From NCBI RefSeq assembly GCF_026000435.1, contig NZ_AP026764.1:424336-448335 (forward strand): a stretch of 24,000 nt of DNA, read 5' to 3'. The notes below the pieces were generated by a model. That model worked only from the letters and a program-made list of their open reading frames with translations, searched no databases and was not told the DNA's origin. Made by a program: the position numbers and the translations under genes. The DNA is from Vibrio sp. STUT-A11 (GTDB lineage: Bacteria > Pseudomonadota > Gammaproteobacteria > Enterobacterales > Vibrionaceae). Of the stretch, positions 1 to 9,406 are shown piece after piece (the first letter of the stretch is position 1; every line of letters starts with the position of its first letter).

Positions 1-644
1 GAGCGATCTTTATCTTCAAGGTGATGACGTAGGCGACTGATCTGCACATCAATACCGCGCTCAAAAGGGTCGGCATCGCGTCCCCAAATCTCTCGGGCAA
101 TATCATCACGAGAGAGGATCGATTGAGCATGATTGACGAACAAACCGAGTAGTGACAGGTCAGCACCACTGAGCTGCTTTACCTCTCGGCTGGAAACGTG
201 GGTTAACTGGCGAGTCACAGTATCTAATAACCAACCATCAAAACGTACTTTGCGCGTGAGTTTTGTATTTGATGTTGATTGGCTACGTCTGAGGATGGTT
301 TTTATGCGAGCAAGCAATTCGCGCGGGCTAAATGACTTGGTGATGTAGTCGTCTGCCCCCATTTCTAACCCCGCGACTCGGTCAGCTTCTTCGGTGACGG
401 CAGTGAGCATGATGATTGGAATATCCGAACTTTTACGCAGCTTCTGACAAAGGGTAAAGCCATCTTCGCCGGGCATCATTATATCAAGGATGATTAAATC
501 AGGATGGTACTCGTTTAGCAGTTGCCACATCACGTCGCCGTTTTCTGCGCAGAGCACCTCAAACCCCGCTCGACCAAGATAATCCGACAACGCTTCACGA
601 AGGTCAAGGTTGTCATCGACGACCAGTATCTGCTTGCTTTCCAT
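1..644 (-). CDS. OmpR/PhoB-family two-component response regulator (3' end lies beyond the window start)
   Basis: Absent from the ORF track because it is open at the window edge. Manual minus-strand translation from ATG (complement of 642-644) gives MESKQILVVDDNLDLREALSDYLGRAGFEVL...HPDLIILDIMMPGEDGF...GLEMGADDYITKSFSPRELLARIKTILRR (receiver domain). A winged-helix portion follows: ...RGIDVQISRLRHHLEDKDR. Confidence 0.85.
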   Translation of the reverse strand, partial: MESKQILVVDDNLDLREALSDYLGRAGFEVLCAENGDVMWQLLNEYHPDLIILDIMMPGEDGFTLCQKLRKSSDIPIIMLTAVTEEADRVAGLEMGADDYITKSFSPRELLARIKTILRRSQSTSNTKLTRKVRFDGWLLDTVTRQLTHVSSREVKQLSGADLSLLGLFVNHAQSILSRDDIAREIWGRDADPFERGIDVQISRLRHHLEDKDR

Positions 645-897
645 CCTACTCTCCCTGTGCCTGTCCCTGTGCTTAGCGCTGGTCAATATGATGCATTCTT
701 AATCACTTATACACAATCGAGCCGATTGCAATTTTACTTATTGGTATCAGAGATTTGTAAGCTGCCACTTACAAACTGATTGCCTTTTGTAACCTTGGCC
801 GTCGCCTTCCTCGCTATGATCATCCTGACCTTACGTGAAACAACATGACCTGAAGGAATCAGGTCTCAAAAACACTGACTTTCGTCAGGAGGAAACC

Positions 898-2340
898 ATG
901 TTTGCAAGTATATTTGGACAACTACAAAAAATAGGGCGGGCTTTGATGCTGCCTGTGGCGGTGTTACCTGTGGCGGGCTTAATGCTCGGTCTTGGCAACG
1001 CTGGTTTTGCGTTTATTCCGGACGCGATCAATAAAGTGATGCTTGCCGCGGGCGACGGCGTGTTTGGCAACATGCAACTGATGTTCGCGGTTGGCGTGGC
1101 GCTCGGATTATCAAAGGGCAATGACGGTGCGGCAGCGTTAGCAGGCTTAGTCGGCCTTATCATAATGAATGCTTCTTTAGGTATCGTCGCTGGGCTTCGT
1201 GGTCTAGAGACCGACGCGACAATCATGGGCGTTGAGACACTGCAGACTGGGGTATTTGGCGGCATTTTTATTGGTGCAGTCGCCGCGATCATGTATAACC
1301 GCTTCTACAATATAAAGCTGCCAGAGTATTTAGGATTCTTCGCAGGTAAGCGATTTGTGCCAATCGTTACTGGTCTTTCCGCAATCGCTGTCGGTGCTAT
1401 TCTCGCGTTCGCATGGCCACCTATCGGACAGCTTCTTGACGCATTTTCTCATTGGGCCGCGTACCAAAACCCGGTTCTTGCTTGGGCTATATACGGTGCA
1501 GGTGAGCGTTCTTTACTCCCGGTTGGTTTGCACCACATCTGGAATGCACCGTTCTTCTTCGAAGTTGGTAGCTATATCGACCCAGAAACCGGCAAAGAGT
1601 TTACTGGTGAGCTAACTCGCTTCTTTGCTGGCGACAAAACCGCAGGTTATCTGTCAGGCGGCTTTATGTACTCAATGTGGGCACTACCAGCAGCAGCGCT
1701 GGCGATTTACCACTGTGCGACGCCTGAGCGTAAGAAGATTGTCGGTGGTTTGATGATGTCAGCAGCGTTGACCTCTTGGTTAACCGGTATTACTGAACCA
1801 ATCGAATTTACCTTCTTATTCGTCGCGCCAGTGCTTTACGTGATTCACATTTTCCTTACCGGTATTGCGTTTGCGATTACCTCATTTTTGGAAATCAAAC
1901 ACAGCACCGACTTTGCTCACGGCGCAATCCAGTTTTTCCTTTACTACCCAATGTCGAGCAACGCGTGGATGTTCATCATCATCGGTCCAATTTGGGCGAC
2001 GCTTTACTACGGTTTGTTCCGCTTCCTGATTGTGAAGTTGGATCTAAAAACGCCGGGCCGCGAAACCGATATTGCAGAACTGAAGATTGCCGGACAACCT
2101 GATGAAATTGCTGTAGATGTGGTGGCTGCACTTGGCGGAAAAGCTAACATTAAATCTGTTGACGCGTGTATCACTCGTCTGCGCGTCTCGGTTAAAGACA
2201 TTGCTAACGTTGATGTTGCTAAGCTGAAAGCACTTGGCGCACGAGATGTACTGGTGATTGGCGACAGTTTACAAGCGATTTTCGGTACGCAATCGGACTC
2301 AATTAAGTCAGAAGTACACAGCGTACTTGCGACCTCCTGA
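898..2340 (+). CDS. PTS glucose-family EIICB transporter (PtsG/MalX-like, no EIIA domain)
   Basis: ORF 835-2340, with the start moved to ATG 898, which is preceded by AGGAGG at 887-892. The N-terminus [33 protein letters not shown] parallels E. coli PtsG ([27 protein letters not shown], from memory). EIIC motif GITEPIEF is present. The C-terminal EIIB has the cysteine motif DACITRLRV. Confidence 0.85.
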   Translation: MFASIFGQLQKIGRALMLPVAVLPVAGLMLGLGNAGFAFIPDAINKVMLAAGDGVFGNMQLMFAVGVALGLSKGNDGAAALAGLVGLIIMNASLGIVAGLRGLETDATIMGVETLQTGVFGGIFIGAVAAIMYNRFYNIKLPEYLGFFAGKRFVPIVTGLSAIAVGAILAFAWPPIGQLLDAFSHWAAYQNPVLAWAIYGAGERSLLPVGLHHIWNAPFFFEVGSYIDPETGKEFTGELTRFFAGDKTAGYLSGGFMYSMWALPAAALAIYHCATPERKKIVGGLMMSAALTSWLTGITEPIEFTFLFVAPVLYVIHIFLTGIAFAITSFLEIKHSTDFAHGAIQFFLYYPMSSNAWMFIIIGPIWATLYYGLFRFLIVKLDLKTPGRETDIAELKIAGQPDEIAVDVVAALGGKANIKSVDACITRLRVSVKDIANVDVAKLKALGARDVLVIGDSLQAIFGTQSDSIKSEVHSVLATS

Positions 2341-2369
2341 TCTTACCTCCCCCCATCTGGGTAAGATTT

Positions 2370-2404
2370 GCCAACTTCCCTGCGAGGTTGGCTTTTTCGT
2401 TTTT
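2370..2404 (+). terminator. Rho-independent terminator after the PTS gene
   Basis: Stem GCCAAC (2370-2375) pairs with GTTGGC (2387-2392), followed by TTTTTCGTTTTT (2393-2404). It lies between convergent genes. Confidence 0.6.
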
Positions 2405-2428
2405 GCTCTATCGCAGATCGATGACGAA

Positions 2429-3352
2429 CTAAGAGCGCTCTAAAAGCTCTTTAAGGTTTCGGGCGATTTCTTCGGCCGCAAGCATGCCGCGGTTTAGTGA
2501 CCACAATTTTGGTGAAACCTCTATCACTTGCTGCTTTTTCACCGCAGTCAGCAGATTGAACAATGGGTTCTTCCGCCATTCATCGACAACATTGGGGGTT
2601 GAATACAGTCCAATCAGCAACCAATCTGGATTCGCTTTGAGAAGAAACTCAAAGCTTGTTGGCAAATAAGCCGTTTGAGTTTGATCTACAAGAGGACTGT
2701 TTAGCCCCAGGGTATTCAATACACCACCAGCGTAAGAGACCGGGCTATGTAACCACATCCCCTTATCCGAGACGACCCCAAACTGTATGGTGTCTTGGGT
2801 AGAAAAACGCTGTTTAAACTGCGCCATCGTTTGCTGATGCTGCTCGACTCGCTGCACCATTTGGTCTTGTTTGCCAATCGCAAAACCAATTTTGATTGCA
2901 GACTCAAGGTTCTCTTGATAAGTCTCCCCACGACTTTTTAGCAGCAATGTTGGCGCTATTCGCTGCAAATCCTGATAGATCGTACGATGACGCTCCGCGT
3001 CAGCAATGATGAGATCTGGCTTGAGTTGCGCAATCACTTCTAGGCTAGGCTGTGACCGAGCGCCGACAGACTGCCAAGGCTCCACTTTCTCTCGCACTGC
3101 TGCAATGACTCGTGTTGGGTCTTTATCATCAGCAACACCAACTGGCGACACATCAACCGCGGCTAAGGCATCCACAAAAGAGAATTCGAGTACAACGATA
3201 CGTTGTGGAATCGTTTCAATCTCGAATGTGCCCTGCTCATCTTGAACGGTACGAATCTGAGCCATAGATGAAGATGAAGCAATGGCAAGCATAAGCAACA
3301 TCAGTGAAAGTACATAAAAACGGCCACTGCCAAATCTAGTTAAATTTTCCAT
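2429..3352 (-). CDS. Periplasmic iron-siderophore/cobalamin-type substrate-binding protein (FhuD/FecB-like, class III SBP)
   Basis: 307-aa ORF with a signal-peptide-like N-terminus ([22 protein letters not shown]). Overall composition is SBP-like, and it sits directly downstream of a TonB-dependent receptor. The family call rests on general resemblance, not on a named motif. Confidence 0.7.
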   Translation of the reverse strand: MENLTRFGSGRFYVLSLMLLMLAIASSSSMAQIRTVQDEQGTFEIETIPQRIVVLEFSFVDALAAVDVSPVGVADDKDPTRVIAAVREKVEPWQSVGARSQPSLEVIAQLKPDLIIADAERHRTIYQDLQRIAPTLLLKSRGETYQENLESAIKIGFAIGKQDQMVQRVEQHQQTMAQFKQRFSTQDTIQFGVVSDKGMWLHSPVSYAGGVLNTLGLNSPLVDQTQTAYLPTSFEFLLKANPDWLLIGLYSTPNVVDEWRKNPLFNLLTAVKKQQVIEVSPKLWSLNRGMLAAEEIARNLKELLERS

Positions 3353-3383
3353 ATCAATACACGCTCCAATACTAAGACCGGTT

Positions 3384-3409
3384 AAGTCGCCAACCTAAAT
3401 TGGCGACTT
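3384..3409. other. Perfect 10-bp intergenic hairpin between receptor and binding-protein genes
   Basis: AAGTCGCCAA (3384-3393), loop CCTAAA, TTGGCGACTT (3400-3409). The T-run lies only on the + side, so on the transcribed (-) strand it is a hairpin without a U-tract. Confidence 0.4.
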
Positions 3410-3437
3410 TTCTTTTAAAGATCCATAAACAAAGTGA

Positions 3438-5549
3438 TTAAAACTGGTAGTTCAGATCAAGCGTGTAGGAGCGTCCCGGTGCCGGATAACGACCAACAGG
3501 GCTAGTATCAATACCGCGGAAGTAATAATCTTCATCAAACAGGTTGTTCACGGCGACATTCATACGTAGTTTACCCGTTTCATCCTTGTATAAGTCCGTA
3601 CCTAAGTTAAAGTTCCAGACCATATAAGACGGCACTTTACCAGTCGCCCCCGTACTATCCTCAGAGCTGGTATTCGCGTTATCGGTGTACGCATCACTGA
3701 AATAGAAGCCAGATAAAGTGGTATCTACGCCAGAAAACACATAAGTCGCATCCCAGCCAAGTTGGTGCTTGGAGGAGAACGGCAGCTGATTGCCTTTGTT
3801 ATCACCGTCTTCTTCAAGTGTGGCATCTAAGTAGTTGTAGTTTGCACCTAAACTGAGTAACGGCAATGATTCCGGAACATATCGAGCTGATAATTCAATA
3901 CCCTGATGCAACGTTTTACCAATGTTGTCAAAAGTTTGCGTCGCGCTCTGCCATTGCAGTTGATCTTCAAAATCAACTCGGTAAATCGCCGCGTTGAAAC
4001 TGGTCTCGTTCTGAGTAAAACGCGCGCCCACTTCGTAGTTCCAGGCTAACTCACTGCCTTCTTCACCCAAACCTCGGATGTAAGCAATCTGAGGTGCCCG
4101 CAGAGATTTTTGTGCATTTGCGTAGGTCACCCACTGTTCATTGATACTATAAGCCAGCGTCAAACCAGGTAACCATTCCGTCACTTTATTATCTGCGCTT
4201 TGTTCTTTTCCAAGATCGTCAAAGCTCATATCAACCGATTCAAATCGCAATCCTGGCGTAATTTTAAGTGTATCGTTGAATAAACCAATTTCATTGCTGA
4301 TGTAACCCGCAAACGCATCGGTATCTAAGTGCCAGTCACGCGGTACGTTGGTGGTACCTCCAGAGATAGGCGTTTGCGTAAGTTTGTAATCGATGTCTTC
4401 GTTAACGTAACGAGCGCCAATAATCCAGTTTTGAGTAACAGACTTACCCTCGCCAAAATACATGGCTAGTTTCGGCTCGATACCATATACAGTAAATTCG
4501 CGAGGTGAGGTACGAATATCGGTGGAAGGCAAAGCAGGATCGGCCCAGTGTCCACCAGCACTATTAAAGCCCCACTGGAAAAAACGCTCAGATTGATGAC
4601 CAAAAGTGAGTAGCTCAAGTTCAGAACTGTCTGCAAACGCTAAATCGTGAATGTATTTTACGCTCCAACGCGTCGATTCACCCTGATACTCATCGTATTG
4701 GCGTTTCGACTGCTGTCGGTCTTGTTGGTAGTCTGTTGGGGACAGCGCTCCTGGCATCTGAGTGTCGGCTTCATAACGTTGAATAAACGCCTGAAGCTCT
4801 TGCGAATCACTCAGTAACCACTGAATTTTCGCTTGGAAATTTTTCACGTCCGTATCTGAATGTTCACGAAAACTCTCGCCTTTTAAAAAGTTGCCTTCCA
4901 GTTGCAATGCGAAAGTATCACTTAACCACCCTCCGGTTCTCAGGTAGAAATCGTTAAGCGGTGTATCTCCGTCTTCAAAGACTGTCAGACGATTACTTAT
5001 CTCTGTCTGCCAAGTGTGAGGAATCGCTTTGGTGACTAGGTTAATTACACCACCTACGTTGTTTGGTCCGTACTGAACCGCCGCGCCGCCGCGAACAACG
5101 TCAATTCGTTCAATCATAGACAAAGTCGCAGGGAAAATAGACTGACCGGTATGGCCATAGGGAGCAAGCGTCAACGGAATACCATCCATTAGCATTTGAG
5201 CATGACCACTGCGACTCGCATTTAAACCACGCACTGAAATGTTTGGTAGAACTCCCGTTCCAGTTTCATCCTGAACTTTAATACCAGGAACACTTTGCAG
5301 AGCACCATCAATTGAGCTTGCAGCTGTTTTTTTGATTTGCTCGGCGGTAATGATGGTTCGTGCTCCTGGGTACTCTTTAACGTCTTCAATTTCAGAGTTA
5401 CCTATCACACTACCGGTAACGACAACCGTTTCCATCGCTGACGTATTGACTTTAGAAGCTGAAGCACTTGCCTGCGGTACTATAGCCGTTGAGGCTAGCG
5501 AGGACACAATCGCAATAGATAAAGGATGCATGGTCAATAATTTGTTCAT
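3438..5549 (-). CDS. TonB-dependent outer-membrane siderophore receptor
   Basis: 703-aa ORF with a signal peptide, a TonB-box-like METVVVTG and a plug domain (ISVRGL, DGIPL, IERIDVVRGGAAVQYGPNNVGGVINLVTK). The C-terminal beta-barrel ends ...YTLDLNYQF. Confidence 0.85.
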   Translation of the reverse strand: MNKLLTMHPLSIAIVSSLASTAIVPQASASASKVNTSAMETVVVTGSVIGNSEIEDVKEYPGARTIITAEQIKKTAASSIDGALQSVPGIKVQDETGTGVLPNISVRGLNASRSGHAQMLMDGIPLTLAPYGHTGQSIFPATLSMIERIDVVRGGAAVQYGPNNVGGVINLVTKAIPHTWQTEISNRLTVFEDGDTPLNDFYLRTGGWLSDTFALQLEGNFLKGESFREHSDTDVKNFQAKIQWLLSDSQELQAFIQRYEADTQMPGALSPTDYQQDRQQSKRQYDEYQGESTRWSVKYIHDLAFADSSELELLTFGHQSERFFQWGFNSAGGHWADPALPSTDIRTSPREFTVYGIEPKLAMYFGEGKSVTQNWIIGARYVNEDIDYKLTQTPISGGTTNVPRDWHLDTDAFAGYISNEIGLFNDTLKITPGLRFESVDMSFDDLGKEQSADNKVTEWLPGLTLAYSINEQWVTYANAQKSLRAPQIAYIRGLGEEGSELAWNYEVGARFTQNETSFNAAIYRVDFEDQLQWQSATQTFDNIGKTLHQGIELSARYVPESLPLLSLGANYNYLDATLEEDGDNKGNQLPFSSKHQLGWDATYVFSGVDTTLSGFYFSDAYTDNANTSSEDSTGATGKVPSYMVWNFNLGTDLYKDETGKLRMNVAVNNLFDEDYYFRGIDTSPVGRYPAPGRSYTLDLNYQF

Positions 5550-5589
5550 TTATTCATTCCGTATAATTTAGTTAGATCCCACGGATGCA

Positions 5590-5608
5590 AATAAGAACAA
5601 ATATTATT
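5590..5608. promoter_or_regulatory. Candidate Fur box upstream of the receptor gene
   Basis: AATAAGAACAAATATTATT matches 12/19 positions of the GATAATGATAATCATTATC consensus (hand alignment). It lies 41-59 bp upstream of the receptor ATG in an AT-rich promoter region. Confidence 0.3.
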
Positions 5609-5770
5609 TTAATTTTCAATATTTATTAATAATTAATTCAATATCCTCTCTTTATTAACCGTTAAGAAACAAATTACACAAAGGCCGAAAAGCAATGTCA
5701 TAGTCAACAAGAAGCAATAAGACACCACAGGACTAATGTCATATCGATCACTTTCTGATGTTCAGAAACA

Positions 5771-5800
5771 ACACACCCCGCCAGAGTTAGCGGGGTGTGT
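5771..5800. terminator. Hairpin terminator downstream of yjfF (bidirectional-looking)
   Basis: Perfect 11-bp stem: ACACACCCCGC (5771-5781) pairs with GCGGGGTGTGT (5790-5800). TTATTTT follows on the + side and TGTTTCTG on the - side. It sits 22 bp after the yjfF stop. Confidence 0.6.
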
Positions 5801-5821
5801 TTATTTTCTGCTGGAGATCGC

Positions 5822-6820
5822 TCAACTAGGCGCTGATTTCAACACGGCTGAGTTCGCCACATTCTTGCGTCGTTCACTCATAATCAATAGCAGCCGTTGC
5901 AAGCCGATAAAGCCAAACAGCAAGATACCGACAATGATTTTCGTCCACCACGAACTTAACGTGCCGTCAAAAGTAATGTAGGTTTGAATCAGGCCCTGAA
6001 TGAGCACACCAAATAGTGAACCTAATACAGTGCCCACACCGCCAGAGAGCAGAGTACCGCCAATTACAACAGCAGCAATAGCATCAAGCTCAACACCGAC
6101 TCCTGCCAGCGGATAACCTGCTGAGGTATAAATGGAAAATACAATGCCTGCACAGGTAGCGAGAAACGTCGATAGCATATAGATGCCAATCACAGTACGT
6201 CTGACGGGAACCCCCATTAACCCAGCGGAAGTTGCGTTACCGCCAACGGCATAAACGTTATTACCAAAGCGAGTTCGGTGTGCGAGTAAGATACCAAACA
6301 CAACAACAACTAACATGATGACGGCCATTAAACTCAGTCGGCCCCCACCCCAGATATGCCAGGCAGTACGGGAGAGTTCTTTGAACATTGGGTGCTGAAT
6401 CGGAATCGACTGCTCGGAAATTAAAAAGCTAGCCCCACGTAAGAAGAACATCCCAGCAAGCGTGACGATAAACGCCGGTATTTTCAGCGTATCGATAATC
6501 CAACCCATAAAGCCGCCGAACAGCATACCCATGACCAATACTGTGAACATGGCCATGATTGGATCCATATTCCAGTCACCGATCATTTTCGCCAGAAAGA
6601 CACCAGTAAAAGCCACGACCGATCCCACCGAGAGATCAATACCTCCAGAGAGAATCACAAAGGTCATTCCGACAGCAAGAATACCTAAAAAGGCATTATC
6701 TGTCAGAATGTTACAAATCACTCTTGTTGTCATAAACGCCGGGAACTCAAGCGCGCAAAAAACATAACCGACCAAAAAGACACAGATTGTAATGAACAGA
6801 GGAAAGTTACGTTTAATCAT
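5822..6820 (-). CDS. yjfF: Galactofuranose-type sugar ABC transporter permease YjfF
   Basis: 332-aa ORF. MIKRNFPLFITICVFLVGYVF...TRVICNILTDNAFLGILAVGMTFVILSGGIDLSVGSV is nearly colinear with E. coli YjfF as I recall it. The start overlaps the ytfT stop by 8 nt. Confidence 0.85.
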   Translation of the reverse strand: MIKRNFPLFITICVFLVGYVFCALEFPAFMTTRVICNILTDNAFLGILAVGMTFVILSGGIDLSVGSVVAFTGVFLAKMIGDWNMDPIMAMFTVLVMGMLFGGFMGWIIDTLKIPAFIVTLAGMFFLRGASFLISEQSIPIQHPMFKELSRTAWHIWGGGRLSLMAVIMLVVVVFGILLAHRTRFGNNVYAVGGNATSAGLMGVPVRRTVIGIYMLSTFLATCAGIVFSIYTSAGYPLAGVGVELDAIAAVVIGGTLLSGGVGTVLGSLFGVLIQGLIQTYITFDGTLSSWWTKIIVGILLFGFIGLQRLLLIMSERRKNVANSAVLKSAPS

Positions 6821-7838
6821 GATGGAGTTTCCTCTTAACCGCTTGAATCACCGCTGGCGACTGCATGACCAGCACCAACAACACGACAACGGATTTCACA
6901 ATGTGATTCCACTGTGGTTGGTATCCAGATAGCAAAATACCTGTGTTAATGCTCTGAATAATAAATGCTCCGACTAATGCCAGCAGCAGGTTAAATCGTC
7001 CTCCCATTAATGATGTGCCACCGATAACAACCGCAAGAATCGCGTCCATTTCGAGCCACAACCCAGCATTGTTCGCATCGGCACCTTTGATATCGGCTGC
7101 GATAATGATCCCAGCAAGCGCGGCCATCAAACCGCTCAGCACGTAAACCGACATCACAATAACTGGGGTATTAATCCCGGCATTTTTCGCTGCTTTAATA
7201 TTGATGCCAACCGATTCGATAAACAGCCCTAATGCGGTCTTCTTGGTTAAACACCAGATTCCGATAGTGGCGAGAATCAACAGAATAATCGGGGTTGGCA
7301 GAAGCAAAAATGAACCACTACCAAACCAGGATAAGGTGTCATTAGTAAAGGTCACAATCTGACCCTGAGTGATAAGCTGTGCAACCCCCCGTCCAGCGAC
7401 CATAAGAATCAAAGTGGCGACAATCGGTTGGATCTTAAATACAGCGACAAGAAAGCCATTCCATAGACCACAAACAACACCTGAGAGCAGCGCGCAAACT
7501 AAAATCGTTGCTGGCGCGTAGCCCTGAGATGCCATACTTGCCATCACTGCTCCACTGATCGCCATCACTGCCCCAACCGACAGATCAATTCCGCCCGTTG
7601 CGATAACTAACGTCATACCTATCGTGAGCAGCGCAACTGGCGCACCGCGGTTAAAAATGTCGATCACACTGCCAAACAGACGTCCATCCTGAATATGGAT
7701 AGAAAAGAAGTTATCAGCGATGATCGCGTTGACTAAAAACAGGCACAGAAGTGCCAACACTTGTGGCGCACCTTTCGGCAGACTAAATCTGGATTTCGAA
7801 GATGCGCTTGTGCGAGTTGAAGGATTAAATGTTGTCAT
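6813..7838 (-). CDS. ytfT: Galactofuranose-type sugar ABC transporter permease YtfT
   Basis: 341-aa ORF, the same length as E. coli YtfT. Conserved blocks include GMTLVIATGGIDLSVGAVMAI, KIQPIVATLILMVAGRGVAQLIT and LWLEMDAILAVVIGGTSLMGGRFNLL. Confidence 0.85.
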   Translation of the reverse strand: MTTFNPSTRTSASSKSRFSLPKGAPQVLALLCLFLVNAIIADNFFSIHIQDGRLFGSVIDIFNRGAPVALLTIGMTLVIATGGIDLSVGAVMAISGAVMASMASQGYAPATILVCALLSGVVCGLWNGFLVAVFKIQPIVATLILMVAGRGVAQLITQGQIVTFTNDTLSWFGSGSFLLLPTPIILLILATIGIWCLTKKTALGLFIESVGINIKAAKNAGINTPVIVMSVYVLSGLMAALAGIIIAADIKGADANNAGLWLEMDAILAVVIGGTSLMGGRFNLLLALVGAFIIQSINTGILLSGYQPQWNHIVKSVVVLLVLVMQSPAVIQAVKRKLHHD

Positions 7839-7845
7839 TGGAACC

Positions 7846-9354
7846 TCACATCGCTATCGCTTGCATAATGGCAGGCACGGATAGATCTTCGGTTGGGATT
7901 TCCGCTACCTGCTTACGATCCCGGAGCACAATAACTCGATCGGCATAACCGACTAGCTCTTCCAGCTCAGAAGAGATGACTAATAAAGCCAGGCCATTGG
8001 CACACAAGGATTCAATAAGACGGATGATCTCTGCATGAGCACCAACATCAATCCCACGGGTAGGTTCATCAAGAATTAAAAATTGGGGTTTCGTTAACAA
8101 CCAGCGGGCCAGCAACACTTTTTGCTGATTGCCACCAGAGAGGAACTCAATCGGCTGCTCAATGTTCGGCGTTTTTATATCCAGTTGTTTGATAAAGCGC
8201 TGAGACACCTCTTCCTGCTCGGCTCGGGATATGGGTCTAAACCACCCGCGCTGAGCCTGCAACGCCAGGATGATGTTTTCCCGCACTGATGCTGCTCCCA
8301 CTATACCGTCGGTTTTGCGATCTTCAGGACAGAACCCAAAACCATTTAGCGACGCTTGCCGCGCAGATCTCACTTTGGTTAGTCGATTTTTTAACTTACA
8401 GGTGCCACTATCATTCGCCTCGATACCGAAAATAACCTTGGCAGTCTCGGTGCGGCCGGAGCCAAGTAAGCCAGCAAGACCCACGATTTCACCAGCATGA
8501 ACTTTGAGGTCAAATGGTTCAATCGTGCCACGCTTACCATAATCAGAAAACTCGACGACAGGTTCATCACTGAATTTGGTTTTCCCAGCACGTTTAAGTG
8601 CGTTGTCCTCCAGCTCACGTCCTAGCATCCACTTAACCAGCTCAATTTGAGGTAACTGGCTTGTCTCTCTGGTGCCAACGAGCTCGCCGTTTCGTAACAC
8701 TGTTATGCGGTCACTGACTTCATACACCTGATCGAGAAAATGGGTGATGAACACCAAACTAATACCTTTCGCACGTAGATCACGCATGATGCCGAATAAC
8801 ATCTCTACTTCACTACTGTCCAAACTGGCGGTGGGCTCATCCAGGATCAAAATGTTCGCCGAAAGCGACACAGCTCTGGCGATCGAAATCACTTGCTGAA
8901 TCGCCACAGAAAAACTATTCAGTGGTTGAGTGACATCCAGATGCAGACCATAACCGGTCATGATTTCTGTCGCTTGCTGAGCCATGCGTTTGCGATCAAC
9001 AAATCCCCATTTTTTCGGCTCGTTACCAATAAAGAGGTTATCCATGACCGACATATTGGGCAGCAGGTTCACTTCTTGATAAACCGTACCAATCCCGAGT
9101 TGCTGTGCATGAGCGGTGTTCTGCGGTGAAATGGATTGTCCATTCAGGAAGATATCACCCGCGTCTCGTTGATAAACCCCGGTGAGCGTTTTGACTAAGG
9201 TTGATTTTCCCGCCCCGTTCTCGCCGAGTAATGCCACGATCTCCCCTTTTCGCAGTGAGAAATCGACATTGTGTAGTGCCTTTACCCCAGGGAAGTGCTT
9301 GCTGATCCCTTGCGCACGTAAGACAACGTCATTGTTACCTAAATCCGAAGACAT
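7846..9354 (-). CDS. ytfR: Sugar ABC transporter ATP-binding protein YtfR (duplicated ABC domains)
   Basis: ORF 7846-9378. The start is set at ATG (complement of 9352-9354), preceded by GGAG with 5-nt spacing. Walker A is GENGAGKST. Long runs are identical to E. coli YtfR from memory (NTAHAQQLGIGTVYQEVNLLPNMSV, RITVLRNG, IEFLSGGNQQKVLLARWLLT, LILDEPTRGIDVGAHAEIIRLIE). Confidence 0.9.
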   Translation of the reverse strand: MSSDLGNNDVVLRAQGISKHFPGVKALHNVDFSLRKGEIVALLGENGAGKSTLVKTLTGVYQRDAGDIFLNGQSISPQNTAHAQQLGIGTVYQEVNLLPNMSVMDNLFIGNEPKKWGFVDRKRMAQQATEIMTGYGLHLDVTQPLNSFSVAIQQVISIARAVSLSANILILDEPTASLDSSEVEMLFGIMRDLRAKGISLVFITHFLDQVYEVSDRITVLRNGELVGTRETSQLPQIELVKWMLGRELEDNALKRAGKTKFSDEPVVEFSDYGKRGTIEPFDLKVHAGEIVGLAGLLGSGRTETAKVIFGIEANDSGTCKLKNRLTKVRSARQASLNGFGFCPEDRKTDGIVGAASVRENIILALQAQRGWFRPISRAEQEEVSQRFIKQLDIKTPNIEQPIEFLSGGNQQKVLLARWLLTKPQFLILDEPTRGIDVGAHAEIIRLIESLCANGLALLVISSELEELVGYADRVIVLRDRKQVAEIPTEDLSVPAIMQAIAM

Positions 9355-9367
9355 ACAAACTCCAAAA

Positions 9368-9392
9368 CCTCTCATCACACAGTGATGAGAGG
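9368..9392 (-). promoter_or_regulatory. Intra-operon hairpin between ytfQ and ytfR
   Basis: Perfect 11-bp stem: CCTCTCATCAC (9368-9378), loop ACA, GTGATGAGAGG (9382-9392). On the transcribed strand it is followed by UUUUGG and then the ytfR RBS. Confidence 0.5.
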
Positions 9393-9406
9393 TCTTTAGC
9401 TAAAGA

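Noticed and set aside
835-897. 21-codon upstream extension of the PTS ORF (track start uses a non-ATG codon)
   Set aside because: ATG 898 is preceded by AGGAGG and starts the PtsG-like conserved N-terminus [11 protein letters not shown].
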